Shown here: positions 27,238 to 40,820 of the stretch, in pieces
Position numbering within the stretch: position 1 is the first letter of the stretch
Layout of the letters: each line of letters opens with the position of its first letter
Origin: the human T2T-CHM13v2.0 reference genome, Homo sapiens
Assembly: GCF_009914755.1 (NCBI RefSeq)
Contig: NC_060944.1
Strand: one strand, 5' to 3'
DNA length: 64,000 bases
Position numbers and translations under genes: made by a program
The notes under the pieces: generated by a model
What the model was told of the DNA's origin: nothing
What the model saw: the letters and a program-made list of their open reading frames with translations, nothing else
Databases searched by the model: none

Positions 27238-27331
27238 GCCACCCATCTATTCACCCACCCACCCATCCATCCATCCATCCATCCACCCACCCACCCACCC
27301 ATTCACCCATCTACTCACCAACCCTTCCATC
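27238..27331. repeat. (CCAT/CCAC)n compound microsatellite
   Basis: Directly visible; followed by L2-like atatttactaagtgcc. Confidence 0.9.
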
Positions 27332-28529
27332 TGATATTTACTAAGTGCCTCCTACATATCCATTATTCTCTCCTCAGATGTAAGGAAAGTACTTCCTTGC
27401 ATCTCAGCCCTCCTCTAAATCTTTGATCCTATAATATTCAAATGTTGTACTGAGTATTATAGTATATTGGAGGATTCTAAAACCCATCATAGTGAGATTA
27501 CACTATAATTAGCCTGAGTTCTGTTGGGGCAACATCTCACTTAGAATAAAAGAGACAATCTCTATGAAATAAAAACAAGCTACCCAATGTTGGTGCAGTT
27601 GGCTGCCACTCATGAAGCTCTTTGTAGCCAAGAGCCCATTGGGTCCTCCTGCAAAACTCAAACCACATATGATAAAGCAGAGACAGGCAACAAAAGTGAT
27701 GCTCTGAGACCACCCAGCTAGCAATGAGCAGGGCTGAAACTCAAACCCAGGGCGATCTGTTACACATGCTGGCCTCTTCCTACTCCCTTATGCTGTCTCA
27801 GTTTAATCTTTCAAACTTATTTAAGATGCTTGCAATGTTCAGTGCTAAATTAATCCACAAACATTGTTGTTTGGTGCTAACAGGAAGAATAAGGATAGAT
27901 AAATTAGATTCTTCTTTCTCCCCCCAGAACCAAGAGTAGCACAAAACTGGCCATTTTTATAGCTAATCTGGAATAAATGGTGACTTTCTAGCTAAATCAT
28001 TATCTGTACAATTGTCATAAGAAGCTACAATTTAGAGGAATAAACTACATTAATTTGATTCTTTCCTTCATGCAGCAAGATTTGAAAAATTTACATGACC
28101 TCATTTACACAAAAAATTATCTTTCTGCAATTATTTCCAGTGATATTTTGAAGACAATCAGTACAAAATTCTAAAGTTTTCTTAATTATTTTGAATGGAC
28201 ATTTTCAAAGAGAGAATGAATTTGGTGCCAGATGTGGCTTCTGAAGTCGTGACATGCTTCAACACTGGAGAGCAGAGCGTCTCACGGTAAAGGCCTTTTG
28301 CACCATAATCAAAACACTGAGAGGAACAGGAATGAACTGTCATTCTTTCATTGCTATCTTCCAAGGGGGTGAACCATTTCTGATAAATCCTTATTTTTAA
28401 TTATGTGCCACTTGGTGTCATTCAAAAACCCTGAAGAGGGTAGAAGCACCTGTGCAATGACTCTGAACAAAAAAGAAGGTAGAAATTCAGGCCTGATATT
28501 TCATGTGTCATCACAGATAGCAGGGTTGA

Positions 28530-28650
28530 AGTCAAAGCCCTGAGTTCAGATGCAGACTCCTCTGAGTCCTGGCCCTGTGACCTCAGGCAACTAGTTTGCC
28601 CTGCAGAACCTGCATCCCCTCATCTGTGAAAGAGGGGTTCAGGGCTGATC
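28530..28650 (+). mobile_element. MIR
   Basis: ctgagttcaga...ctgtgacctcaggcaa...cctcatctgtgaaa. Confidence 0.55.
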
Positions 28651-30154
28651 TGCAGGACCATGCTGCAGTGAGGGGAATGATGCCACAGGTGTGCCTGTTC
28701 AAGATCACAGCAGCAGCTGCTGGACCTAGTGGCACCCGGTCAGTGGAACCTAACAGGGAGCAGCTGGCAAAACAGCAACGTGGAGTAGAGCCCTGGCATT
28801 CCAGAGTAGGGACACAAGGGCAGGCCTGGATCTCAGTGCCACTCAATCACTGACTACCGTGGCCAGGCATCTGGCTCAAAGTTGTGGGCCCTGTGGAGGC
28901 CTAGGGCAGCAAGATCTTTCCCTTTATGGGAAAGGGCCACATCACCTCCTTGTCCCATGGCCTGAATGCTTCCTCCAACAGGTGGGGGAATATTTCATGA
29001 GAAGTGTTTTTCTCAATTAAAAACAGAAACACAGGGACCAGTGATAAGGAGAGTAGTCATTGTACATGATGGAAACTTGCCTCTACCTATAGCAGGTTCT
29101 GATCCTGATCAAGTATACTGGTGATTTACTTTGTAGACTGATGTTTCAACTGTTTTCACTCATCTCCAGTGAATATTAAAAATGTCACTTGAGAAATTTC
29201 CTTTGTATTTCTCTACTGCCTTTACCTTTCGGAGTTCCCTGTGTCTGTATGTTGATAGCAGACACAAGATCTCACTGTTTTCATGAAACATCACGTATGT
29301 ACATCACTGGGATCACCTGGTCTCAGTATATACTCTACGTAGACCCCAAAGGTTAAGGACAGTACATGAGCGAGAGAACTTTTTAAATGCCTCTATATAT
29401 TTTCAATCAGAAGTAATTATTTTGTGAGTTCATGGAGGACATAAAGACGTTAACTCATGGTCCCTATCGTCTCCCAGCATACTACTGATATGACAGGAAT
29501 GACTTTGGGACACTCTTCCCAGGGCTTCTTGGTGGTGTGAACAAATGTGCAAGGCATCATGAGAAGGAAATGGCTATACCCTTTTGGTGTGGCTGGGGGC
29601 TTTGTGGAGCGAGTCCCCCTGAAGCGTAGCTCTGAGACTGAGTGGAATCTACACAGGCCAGAACAGGAGTGATGGGGGAGGCAGGAGGAAAACATCATGG
29701 GGCATTTCCCAAGAAGCCATGCCCAGAGAACTGGGGAACACAGGGCTCCTTAAGAAGTAGGACTGGAGAGAGGCCGGAGTCTAGACTGACACTGCTGTTA
29801 GGGAAGCGAGGAGGCTCCTGAGGGTAGACAGCAGGCTGACAATGCATGGTGGTGAGTCTGGCAGCCAGGTATGAGGCTGGAGGGGGGAGAAGGAAGGGTG
29901 CCACAGCACAGAGATCTGTACAGAAAGCCCTGGACACAGCCTTGGAAAGTGGCTCTGGGCAGAGGGAGAGGATCCCAGGCAGGTAGAGGACATTTCAAAG
30001 ACCAGACAGGTTTAATGGATGATGCAAGAGAAAACCAAAACTTAAACATGCACCAGGCTTTATATAATTTTAAAATGTATGACACAATTTGCAAACTGGC
30101 AATAAATTACTCTAAAATTATCCTTGAGATGGGAGGATGGCCATATGCAAAAAA

Positions 30155-30350
30155 ATTAAGCATGGTGACTGTAGGTAATAATGTATTATAGATTTCAAAA
30201 TTGCAAAGGGAGCAGATTTTAAGTGTTCTCACCACAAATAAATGTAAGTATGTGAAGTAATAGTTGATTAGCCTGATCTAATCAACCTGCAATGTATACA
30301 TGTATCACAACATCACACTGTACCCCATAAATATATGCAATTATTATCTG
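30155..30350 (+). mobile_element. L1MA-type 3' UTR fragment
   Basis: gattttaagtgttctcaccaca, aacatcacactgtaccccataaatatatgcaatt. Confidence 0.8.
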
Positions 30351-31788
30351 ATGGTTCCAAATGTCACTTCTATAGCATGTGTGCACCTCTCTATGCAGCC
30401 ATAATGTCTACAAGAGGCCTGTGTCCCGGGTTTTTCCTCTATGCAAAGTTGAAGTAGGGGCTATCTTCAATGAGAAACATCCACTAATATTACTTGCACA
30501 GACTTAATGGGAGAGATAAATGGGTTATACATCAGTTAACTTGTAACTAATAATAAATTATATTTTGGTCATTAAAGTCATGTAATTTTTTAAAGAAGCA
30601 GTTGGTGCGAGAAACAGTAAGGACTGTGAAATAGGAACCACCGTTGTTCCAAGGCTGGTGATCGTCTTCACTGTCAGAATTCATGAGAGGAAGCTATGTT
30701 TATTTTCCCTTGATGACCCGACCACTATGGAATAAAACACGTAGGTACATTTTCTACAGAGACGGATCCAAGACTGTGACTGTCTCATTGTGCCTGTAGT
30801 GGAGGGCTGCCAGGGCTCTCCTTTGCTGGTTATAAGGAGCTGCCTTGTGTCACAAACCAGGTGATTACCATGGGTTAAACAACTAAGGGCAGGGTGGAGA
30901 GTGACCAAGCAGTGGCTCCCTGAGCTCGTGACGGTGCTAACCTTTTCAAAGGTGAGCGCCGTATATATTCATTTCAGCAAGTCACTTAATGAGCTTTTGG
31001 ATTTTTTCAGCACAAATTAAAGGCACCTACCTGGATTTTTAAATCACTTGGTAATGCCACCTAATCCCCCTGAGTGGAAGAAAATTAAAAACAAGAGCCA
31101 CAGCATTTCCTTAGAACATCTTGATGTAAAGTTAATGATTCTTTGAGAGAGACTAAATAGCAGACTATTTCAATATTCGGAAACACTGGAAAATACATTC
31201 CACCATGCTATACATACATGGGAAAACAAAAAACTATTTATTTATTTAGAATGATTTTGAAAAAAAAAATGAATTCTAATCTCTCCAAATAGCCTCATTT
31301 CTGAATATTTTTTAAAACTAGCCCGCTTCCTCTTTTTACCAGGGAGAATCATCATTATCATTAAATACTCCAACTCTGCAATTGTCCACCCTCAAGCTGT
31401 CCATGTGAAAGTGACTGGTTGATCTGACTGCCCAGCAGCACTTGGTGCATGGGCAGAGCCTCCGCTCCAGCTGTCTGGAGGTGCACATCTGGCTCACTCG
31501 TGAGCACCAAGAATCTCCTAAGTGAATTCTCCCCATTGTAAAGAGCCTGCATTTTAAGAATGACTATGCAAATTTAGTGGCAAGCCATTGGGTCATTTCA
31601 TGTGATGCCAACAAACATCTAGTAACACTTCTATCCATTTGTCTCTCCATTCAGACATAATTATCAGTCCTACTATGTGCCAGTCAATTGTGTGCCCAAA
31701 TTATCTTGAATAATTCTCACAAAATCCTATGAAGAAAGTATTGTTACTCTCACTTTATAGCTGAAGAAATTAAGGCTCCGAGTTCAAG

Positions 31789-31840
31789 ATTAGGTGATAG
31801 GCAAACCAATATTAGCAATTTCATATGGTTCCACCTAGTA
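31789..31840. mobile_element. MADE2-like mariner MITE, internally deleted, next to a MIR fragment
   Basis: attaggt ... gcaatttcatatggttccacctagta (MADE2 terminal repeat). Confidence 0.6.
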
Positions 31841-33180
31841 ATTTAACCAGAGCCCAAAAAGGTGGTTGGGCAGGGAGGGGCTTCTCATACAATATCTTAA
31901 AAGAGGTGAGAGAAAGAAACTAGGAGGAGCACTCAAACCCTGCAAGGGGCTGAGGGGATTTGGAGAAGCTGCAGCCAGGCACAGGATATCTCCAGAGGCT
32001 GCTAGCCTGTGAGAAAACAGGAATAAGCTCTTTGATGTAAGGTATCAATACAAATGCAACCTAAAAACGCAGTACTTTTCTGTGCAAGCTGCACCAACAG
32101 TTTGACTTATCTCATGAGGCTGAAATGTTTCTCAGATGAGGTCCAACAAGTATAAGTACTCCCCAAACAAACCTACTCAGCTCATTTAAAATAAGCCCTT
32201 ACTTAAAAAGGACCACAAAGACCTTTGACCAAAGGACCACAGAGACAAGGTCAGCTGATAAATGAGATAGTCTGGATGTTTTTGTGAGATGAAGACGATG
32301 CTCACGAAGGACCAGGATTAGCATCTCTGCTTCACCACACAACAGACAAGTGCTAAAATACTTCAAAATCCAGTATACATCAGTGAAATTCCGAAATTTA
32401 TCAGAACAGAAAGTAGATCAAATAACAAAATACTGCATGATATGTATTTTATATAGTAAAGTATACTTAACAGCCATGTAGATGAAGGTTTTGGCCATGT
32501 TCTTTGTACTCAGACATGGCATGCAGTTGTAAGCTCTCTGTAGTAGGGAGGAAGAGGGAGAAGGGGTGGTGATGTACTGGGAAGTCCATGACTTGTTCAT
32601 CTGGGGGCCTGAAAAAGCCCCTGAAAAATCAAAGCTCTAGTAATTTAGCAAGGTCCAGCAGTGAGGAATAAAGTGTATAAAAGCAAAATGAAGACAAAAA
32701 TAAAACAAATTTTAATACACATGGTTAGTCTCTCCCAAACAAAAGTTGCTCATAGCCACACACACTGGCCTCTCATGGGAACTCATGGGAAATGCCAGTA
32801 GTTCCTCTGTGGGGGTCCCGGGAAAAGTGCAGAGCTAAAATCCACAGTCAGCAACGAGGCCTTGGATTTTAAAATTAATAAGTTCAAAGCCTGATGAGAT
32901 GGAAAAGGTTGTAAAAAGCACCTTAAAAGCAAGCAGAAACACTCTCAGTCCCCTGTGAGCTGTGCAGGGGACTGTTTCAGCCACAACCAGAAATGGATGC
33001 AGGTGAGCCTCTGATATCCTAACACTAAAAACAGACGGAGGCCACCAGCATGGCCAAATGCTCAGAAGTGAAGACCAGGAGGAGATGACCACGTTCTGCA
33101 TGGGATGTGTTTGTTTTAAAGCAGTCTGCCATTGCCTTTCATCTGTTTGGGTAGAGGACTATATTAAAATTCCTCTTAGA

Positions 33181-33476
<296 letters not shown>

Positions 33477-34526
33477 TTAGAGAAAGGCATTCAAAGTGAA
33501 CTTATGAAAAACAAATCTACAAGTTATTCTCCTGTGTCCTACCCCATGCCCAGAAGCTGACGGGACATCACAGAGAGATGGCTCCAATGTGGACTCTGTT
33601 CTTCACCTACGATTCTTGAATGCCATGTTTGCCAATGCTTGAGGTGCAAGGTATCTAAAAGTGGTGGATACTGCAGACCCTTTTCCTCAAGGAGGCCCTG
33701 CACAGCCACCTGGGTGTTGATGCCAGATCCCCTGGCTCTAAACTCAGCCCTGGATGAAGAAAATGGTCATGGGAGGCATGGGAGGGACAGGCGAATGCTG
33801 CAACAATATGGAACTAAAGTCCATGACGCAGAGGCAGAAGCAACACTTCAGAGATGGAGGGTGTTCACCACCCTGGGCAGACAGCGCGTACTCTGCTAGA
33901 TGCTGGGAGCAGCTGAGGAAAAGGATGCATAACAGCATCTACAGTTAAGGGCACTGTCATTTGGGGGAGAAAAATTTACATAAATGCAGCTAATACAGAG
34001 CAAAAAAGGAAGGACAGTAAAGAATGAACTCTTGAATAAAGTGTACGGAATCATATTATATCTGAAGGAGAAGAGTAGGGAACAGGGGTCACACCCTTAC
34101 TAGAATGTTGGCTGCTGCAGAGCTGACAATGCTGTGCCATAGCAAAGTGGGAGGAGCATGTGCGTCTCTCCACTTGGGGGCAGGATAAAGATGTGGCACA
34201 GTGTGATTTTTAGCAAAGAAGGAGGCAGGCTGATGCTGCCCCGGAGTCCCAGTGTGGTGAAAAGAGGTGGCTCTGTTCTCTTCACGAAGGGAACGAGGGA
34301 CCCCGACACTGGGATGTGTCTGTGGACACTGCCACAGGCAGGAACTGCACTAGATCTATGGCCTTTCAGGGACTGCTCTGGATTGAGCTCACATGGACAA
34401 GAATCAAGATTAGTCTGTGAGCAGGATTAGTAAAAATTCTTAGAAATTTATTGTTCTAAGTTCTGTTTAAATGAACAATCCCATAAATACTGTAGCTGCT
34501 CAAGTCTTGAAATGGGGTGAGTTATG

Positions 34527-34600
34527 TATCAAGTTGAATCATACAAAATTGCTGATTTTTAACCTGCAAAAGCAGCATTTCATATGGTCTAACCCTAATA
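34527..34600. mobile_element. MADE2-like mariner MITE
   Basis: tatcaagttgaatcatacaaaattgc ... gcatttcatatggtctaaccctaata; inverted termini with TA ends. Confidence 0.7.
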
Positions 34601-35819
34601 CCAGACAGTAACAGATTACTTGGAAAAGCCCGCTGGGCCCCAGACATTTCCCCGTCTGTCTGCCTAAATCACAGACCTGCCTGTGGACATTGCTCCCTCT
34701 CTCTCAGGCCACTTTGCTCCTCAGGAAATACAGCAGCCTCCAGCATACAGTGCTTCCAGGACCCTTCAAATAAAACCCCACGAAGAAACCAGAGCTACTG
34801 AAATCCTTAGTACTTCCATGTTCCAAGTAAATCAGATCAAGTTCTCTACACATGTGCTTTGCATGAGTTTTCTAAAAAGATTTCAGTCTATTTAAATACC
34901 ATCCCTACCAGATAAAACAATTTAATAGGGTAGATCTTTCTTTGCTCAAACACGTTACTTATCTATTCCTTCTTCCAATGCCATCCCTAATATGAAGAAA
35001 AAACTGGTAGTGGTTGATAAAGTGTATTTAAGCGTCACGGCAATACATGAGTAAGACGGCAAAGTGTCCCTGCCATCAGCCGGTCCTGGGCCCTGGCCAG
35101 GACACAAAGGCATAGAACACCAGCCCAGGGAAGCCATCTCACTTCCCCTGGGGAGACAAACACTGGATGGCTCACGAAGGCTTCAATGTGTTGACACTGT
35201 CGTCTCTGCTGCCATAAGGTTGGAGGCCGAAGAGTAATCTAAATAGAAAAAAGAATAAAACCCTGGCCTAGTCGGGTGAGTAGCGTTCTGGGAGAGGCAA
35301 TGCGTCAAGCCCCAGGCTCCTGGAAGGGAGGGAGGCAGGAAACTGCCATTTTGACTGCCCACTACGTCCTGCCAGACACACTCATGTGCCATGCCTGATC
35401 TAATCCCTGCCACGGGCGGGCGGCCAGGGCGCCACCTCATCCGAGCCTGTGCATTGGCCATCATGGCAGCCGCACCGGGGAGACCAAGCTCCGGGGCTAA
35501 CTAACTGACGGGAGGCTCCGAGCTCTGAATGCTGCCGGTGGGACCTTGGCAAGGTCCCCATCCTCCCTGGGTCCTGTGGCCTCCTCTGCACAATGGCATC
35601 TGAACACAAACCATCTGTTCACATGGGAATACATAATATGTATAATTTCATAAATGTTAGCTCAATAAATGTTGGCATTATTAATTCAAACAGAAGTTCA
35701 CCTCCTGTAAATGGGGAAATTAAGGAGACTGGCAACCACAAACCACTCTGAACGTCCTGAAGACCGCCTGGTCACTGAGGCACACATGACTCTGCACCCT
35801 CTGACATGCCACGTCTCAT

Positions 35820-36470
35820 CTGGCCACAAATCCCCATCAATCCAGAACCTGACCACTTGTCACCACCACACGCCACCATCCAGGCCACGCCATTGTCATT
35901 TCGTTCCTGGATTATGGCTGTGGCCTCCTACCTCTTCTGGCCTCTGTACCCAGCAGCAGGAGGCTTTCAGGGATGGTGCCGTCCTCCGTTCAGCCTTCAG
36001 ATGGCTCCCACCTCACAGGAAAAGCGGAAGTCCTTACTGTGGCTGGCAAGGCCCTGCCCCACTGGGTGCCTGCCCCTGCTGTCACCTCTGTGGTGTGGAG
36101 CCCTTCCCACACTTCACACACACGATGTGTGTGTGCTGTGCCCTCTGCCTGGGATGCTCTTCCAAGACCCCTGTCTGGCTGCCTCCCTCACCTCCTTCAG
36201 GTCTTTGCTCAAATGCCAGCTTTTCTCAGGAGGCACTGTGATCCAGACCCTTCATTCTCCTTTTCTTGGCTTCATTTTTCTCCTCAGTACTCACCATGCT
36301 CTAACTTCCCTGGATTTTCATGATCTAGCTTGCTTGCTGTCAGCCTCTTCCACTGGAATGGAAGTTCCATGCGGGCAGGAACTGTGGTATATCTAGCACC
36401 CAGAGAACAGGCCCCATACCTACAGAGTCTCAGAAACCACTCTCGCAGGCTAGCTGGCTGAAGGAACAAC
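35820..36470 (+). mobile_element. L2 fragment
   Basis: ccaccatccaggccac, ctctgcctgggatgctcttcc, cctccttcaggtctttgctcaaatg, gaagttccatgcgggcagg. Confidence 0.75.
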
Positions 36471-36524
36471 ACTGCAGTGGTTCCAGTGGATCCTGACTCC
36501 GTGGTTCTTATGAATCCCGCAAAG

Positions 36525-37008
36525 AGTGGTTCTTAATATGGGTCAATGGACCCCATGGGGATCTTCTGGGTGATGATCAAAATTCCAGGGGTCCCTGAAC
36601 TTGGATGGTAAAAAAGCACATCTTCATTCTCACTATCCTATCCTCTAGCTGAAATGAAACATTTCTTTCCGTTATAAATAGGAACATACCACAGTGATAC
36701 TACCTGTGACTGTGTCACCAGTAGAAATCAGATATTTTCATGACGCATTATATTGTTACCAGTGTCTCAAAATATTGATTCTGCTCATTACTGCTTCAAA
36801 ATTATAATGATTATTGGACCTACTACTAGAGCTTGGTATTTAATGCATGAATAAAGGCATTCCTATATTACTATATATGCATTTGCTTTAGAAAGCATTT
36901 CACTATAACTGATGTACTCTGGAATCCTATATGCTTTATGTTCTGCATTTACAAACATTCTGAGAAGTGCAAGACATCCATGGCACAAAGAAGGTTGAGA
37001 GATTGCCT
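36525..37008. mobile_element. hAT-Charlie (Charlie4-like) element
   Basis: gtggttcttaa...ggtcaatggacc at the start; cattctgagaag...tccatggcacaaagaaggttgag at the end. Confidence 0.6.
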
Positions 37009-37728
37009 TTGGGACTGACTCCCTTTATCCCTTTTAGTGTCCCTGCTAAGTTCCAGGGTATGTTCACGGTACAGCCCTCAGAGGCAGTGATCAGGGTGAC
37101 TCAGCCACCAGGGACCACAGGCAGCATGGGCCCGGGGCTGCCAGGCAGTGCGCTCGGGACTGCACGCACGCCAACTGTCCAATCTGGGTTTCTAGCTCCA
37201 GATCCAAAGACAGGGTCAAGCTGGGGTTGCCAGGAAGACTCTCACATTTGACTGAAAACAAAATGGAGTTTCAAGCTATCAGACTAAAAGACGGACTAAT
37301 TATTTATATATATGTATTTCCCCCCAAACAACTAAATTCATATATATTTACTTCATCCTTACAGAGTACTTATTTATGCAAAATGGAGGCTGAGAAATAA
37401 ATCCTTTAGAAAAAAAGGCGTAAAATTGTGTTGTTCTTCTGACTTCTTGTTTCTCCTGAGCAAACTTTGGGTCACCTTTCATTGGGAAAGGCCCAATGTG
37501 CAAAAGGGGAAGAAAAGCACATTCATTAGGCCACTGTCTCTAGCAGGCCCTGTACTAATTACTTTTCGTGTAGGATTTATTTACCATCTCTTTTCCCAGG
37601 CATGGAAACGGAGACTAGGAGACGTGACCTGGCTTGGCTCAAGTCACTCTCCCAATTTATTACTAAGTGCCCTGACTGCCATCTGATAATACACAGAGAT
37701 GCCACAGACCTAATATTCATCCTTCTAA

Positions 37729-38058
<330 letters not shown>

Positions 38059-40599
38059 TAGGTATCACTAGAGAGACTAAATACCCAACAGGAAACATTT
38101 TTCTCATTTCTATTTTCCCATGATAGATACCGATCCTGGGGGAGTGGGCTGGGGAGGGTGATGGGATTATCCAGTGAAAAGCCGCAGGCAACAGTTCAAG
38201 TCCCTCTGAATCCACAGCTACATGCACAGCTTCAGAGCAATACAAAACAGGTAATTTAATTCCATAAAATTATCTTTCTACAGTTCGTTTTTTCCTCCTA
38301 GCCTACTGAAATGTACACACCATGAGTACAAAGTACAAGGTGCTGTTCAGCTGTAATTTTACTTCTGCACATATTTAATGTGCTAATGGGATGAAGCATT
38401 TCATGGTTCCTGTGCTTAGCAAATGAAATAAATCAATGTGTTAAGAGAAAGCGATTTTGTTCTTGCTGTTTGGGGAAAGTGCTCTTTACTTTCCTATTAA
38501 CAAAAACTTAATGAACCATTTCACATTCAAAACCCCTTAGGTCATAATGTCTATTTCTTAATTAAGTTTTTACAAGTCAAATAATGCTAATTTTCTTTTA
38601 TATCTCCACACGGGCAGCAGCACTTAAAAAAAATTACTGAGAATAAACAACACCACAGAGTGAGGACTATTTCAGTGAGTTAAATATAGATGCTTGTAGG
38701 GCTTTATAAAGGAAGATAGAGAAAGCAAAATGACCTGGCCCAGAATACATGAAGTATAATCAAAGAAACAGGGTATTTGGGTTACTATGGAATTCGGGCC
38801 AAAATAAAGTTTTTTGTATGGTGACGACTTGGAATTTTGCTTCAAAACAGGAAGCATAATAATGCTGACCTGCTCTAAGAAACAGTGGTCACTGAGTATT
38901 TAAGTTCTTTTTCTTGAATTTATTTTAAATTTTTATGCTTAAACTTCCCAGCCTGTATTAAATAGGCCTAGGCTTTGTACAATACAGAAACAGGTACTTG
39001 AGGCTCACTGCTGGTTCGTTCTTGGGCCAGTCTTATTTTCTTTCATCCTAATTGCGCAGACAGCATCGGAGCTTTGTCAGCTTTACCTGCTCTGAATAGA
39101 AGCACTTTTGGCCCCCCTTGTCAAAGACTAGGGAAGAAAGCCCGCGCTCTGGTTGGCAGCAGTCTTGGATTCTCGCCCCCGGCCATACTGTGCAATCACG
39201 CTGTTTATTCCACTGTAACAATCAGACAGCGAGAGCAGAGCACCTGGTACTCCCCGGCCCGGGCCTTCCTTGGCAGCTGACGGGCAACCTCACTGCCAGG
39301 TGGTCGCGCTTCAATTACATTAGCTAGCCATTCTAGGGTTAACGAGGACCCACTTTCTTCAGAATGCCCCGGGAAAATCAGTTATTCATAAAAGACAGTA
39401 TGCCTTTTGTTGATCATTGAACAATGTTGCTGAAAATCCATTAAATTAAATTCTCTTTATTGGGCTGAATAATGCAATAGCAATAGCCCCAGCTAGAAGT
39501 TTGCATGTTTATTTACCAAATTTCTGAATAATTTATACATGGATCCTGGCTCTTTTATCAGTTAGTGGCCAAATGCTTCTTCGGAATGGAGCAGTGTAGC
39601 TCTGCCTTCATCTTAACATGCACCAACACTTGCAAATAAAAAACAAACAAAAGCCGAATTTAATGGAGTGGTCAGAAAGGGAAATCTCATTTTAATTCAG
39701 AATTCACATTCCAATTTTCTTTTGCAAGAGGACTCTCACATATTTTGGCATGAATTTACATAAGATGCTTTTTGGGAGCTGTTTCACATGAGGACCTTTT
39801 TCATAACAGAAAATGAAAGAGAAGGAAACAAGTGGGAAGTGGGACAGCCGTTAATCTGTAAGTTAGGGAACTGCTGCCAATGTTTAGGTGGAAGGTGACC
39901 GGGATGAGGTGAGTGTGGGTGGACCTGTGGCTAGCCTTGTTGAAACAAACAAACAGCTAGAATGTCACCTTGCCCTCCCTGGGCCTCTGCAGCAGTGACC
40001 ACAATGACAGCAGAGGCAGGTCAAGGCAGGACAGCAGCAGAAGCAAGCTCCCTCCCTTCAGTCGTCAGTCATCCTCTGCTTCTCTCCCTCAAGACCAGCG
40101 GGGGTTGCTGGAGGAGCACTCCCTCTCTCCTCCTGGCTAATGCTCTAGGTTGCCCATGGTTGGAGCACTGGCCATCAGCCTCAGATACAGAGCTGTAGAG
40201 TTGACATGTGCTGGGAAAGCTTTAAGTGGAAGAAATGTAAGAAAAACAAAGTTACAGAGGTATCCTAGAGTCATTTAAATACTGCTGTCCTAGGGATGTA
40301 GTCTGAGCTGTTTTGGAGATCATTTTAAAACAGGATTTTTCTTTTTTTAATTTAGAGGCAGCATCAACAGAAAGTGAAATTATCCTGAAGTATACATTAT
40401 TTATCACAAATAACATAAGACAAGCCAAGAAAGAAATTCTATTGGATTTCACTTTCATTTAAGAAAAAAAATTTACTGTTTTTCAGAAATGAAAAAGAGT
40501 ATCTGAATAAATTTAGAGAAAAAGGCATAAATATTAGTTGGTTTGCACATTCAAAGTAGTCTGTGAAAATATTTTTAGCAATTAGTGACAATGCAGTTG

Positions 40600-40820
40600 G
40601 AAGACAGACAGCAGTGGCTAAGAGAGTGAGCACCAAGCCGGGGTGTGAATTCACTTCTCACTTGATGGCTGAGAGATCTTGGGCAAGTCATTCAGCTTCT
40701 CTCTGTGCTTTCGCTTCTTTCTTGCAAAATGGGACAACAACCCTACTTTCTAGTGATGGTAAAGTACACATAAAATATTTATCACATCGTACACATTGTA
40801 AGAGCTCACTAAATTATGAC
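40600..40820 (+). mobile_element. MIR
   Basis: gtggctaagagagtgag, tcttgggcaagtcattcagcttctctgtgc, gcaaaatggg. Confidence 0.65.

Noticed and set aside
29325-29359. Internal TCCTTAAC plus AG followed by GTATACTG as a recursive U12 site
   Set aside because: The regenerated donor is offset from the AG and mismatches the near-invariant GTATCCT.
34170-34183. CTCF-like CCACTTGGGGGCAG (similar partial matches near 1130, 12643 and 39294)
   Set aside because: Each mismatches core positions; not supportable without ChIP data.
35711-36396. Longest ORFs in the track (176 and 196 aa)
   Set aside because: They overlap a degraded L2, have no recognisable domain or splice structure, and are open in several frames as expected for pyrimidine-rich repeat DNA.
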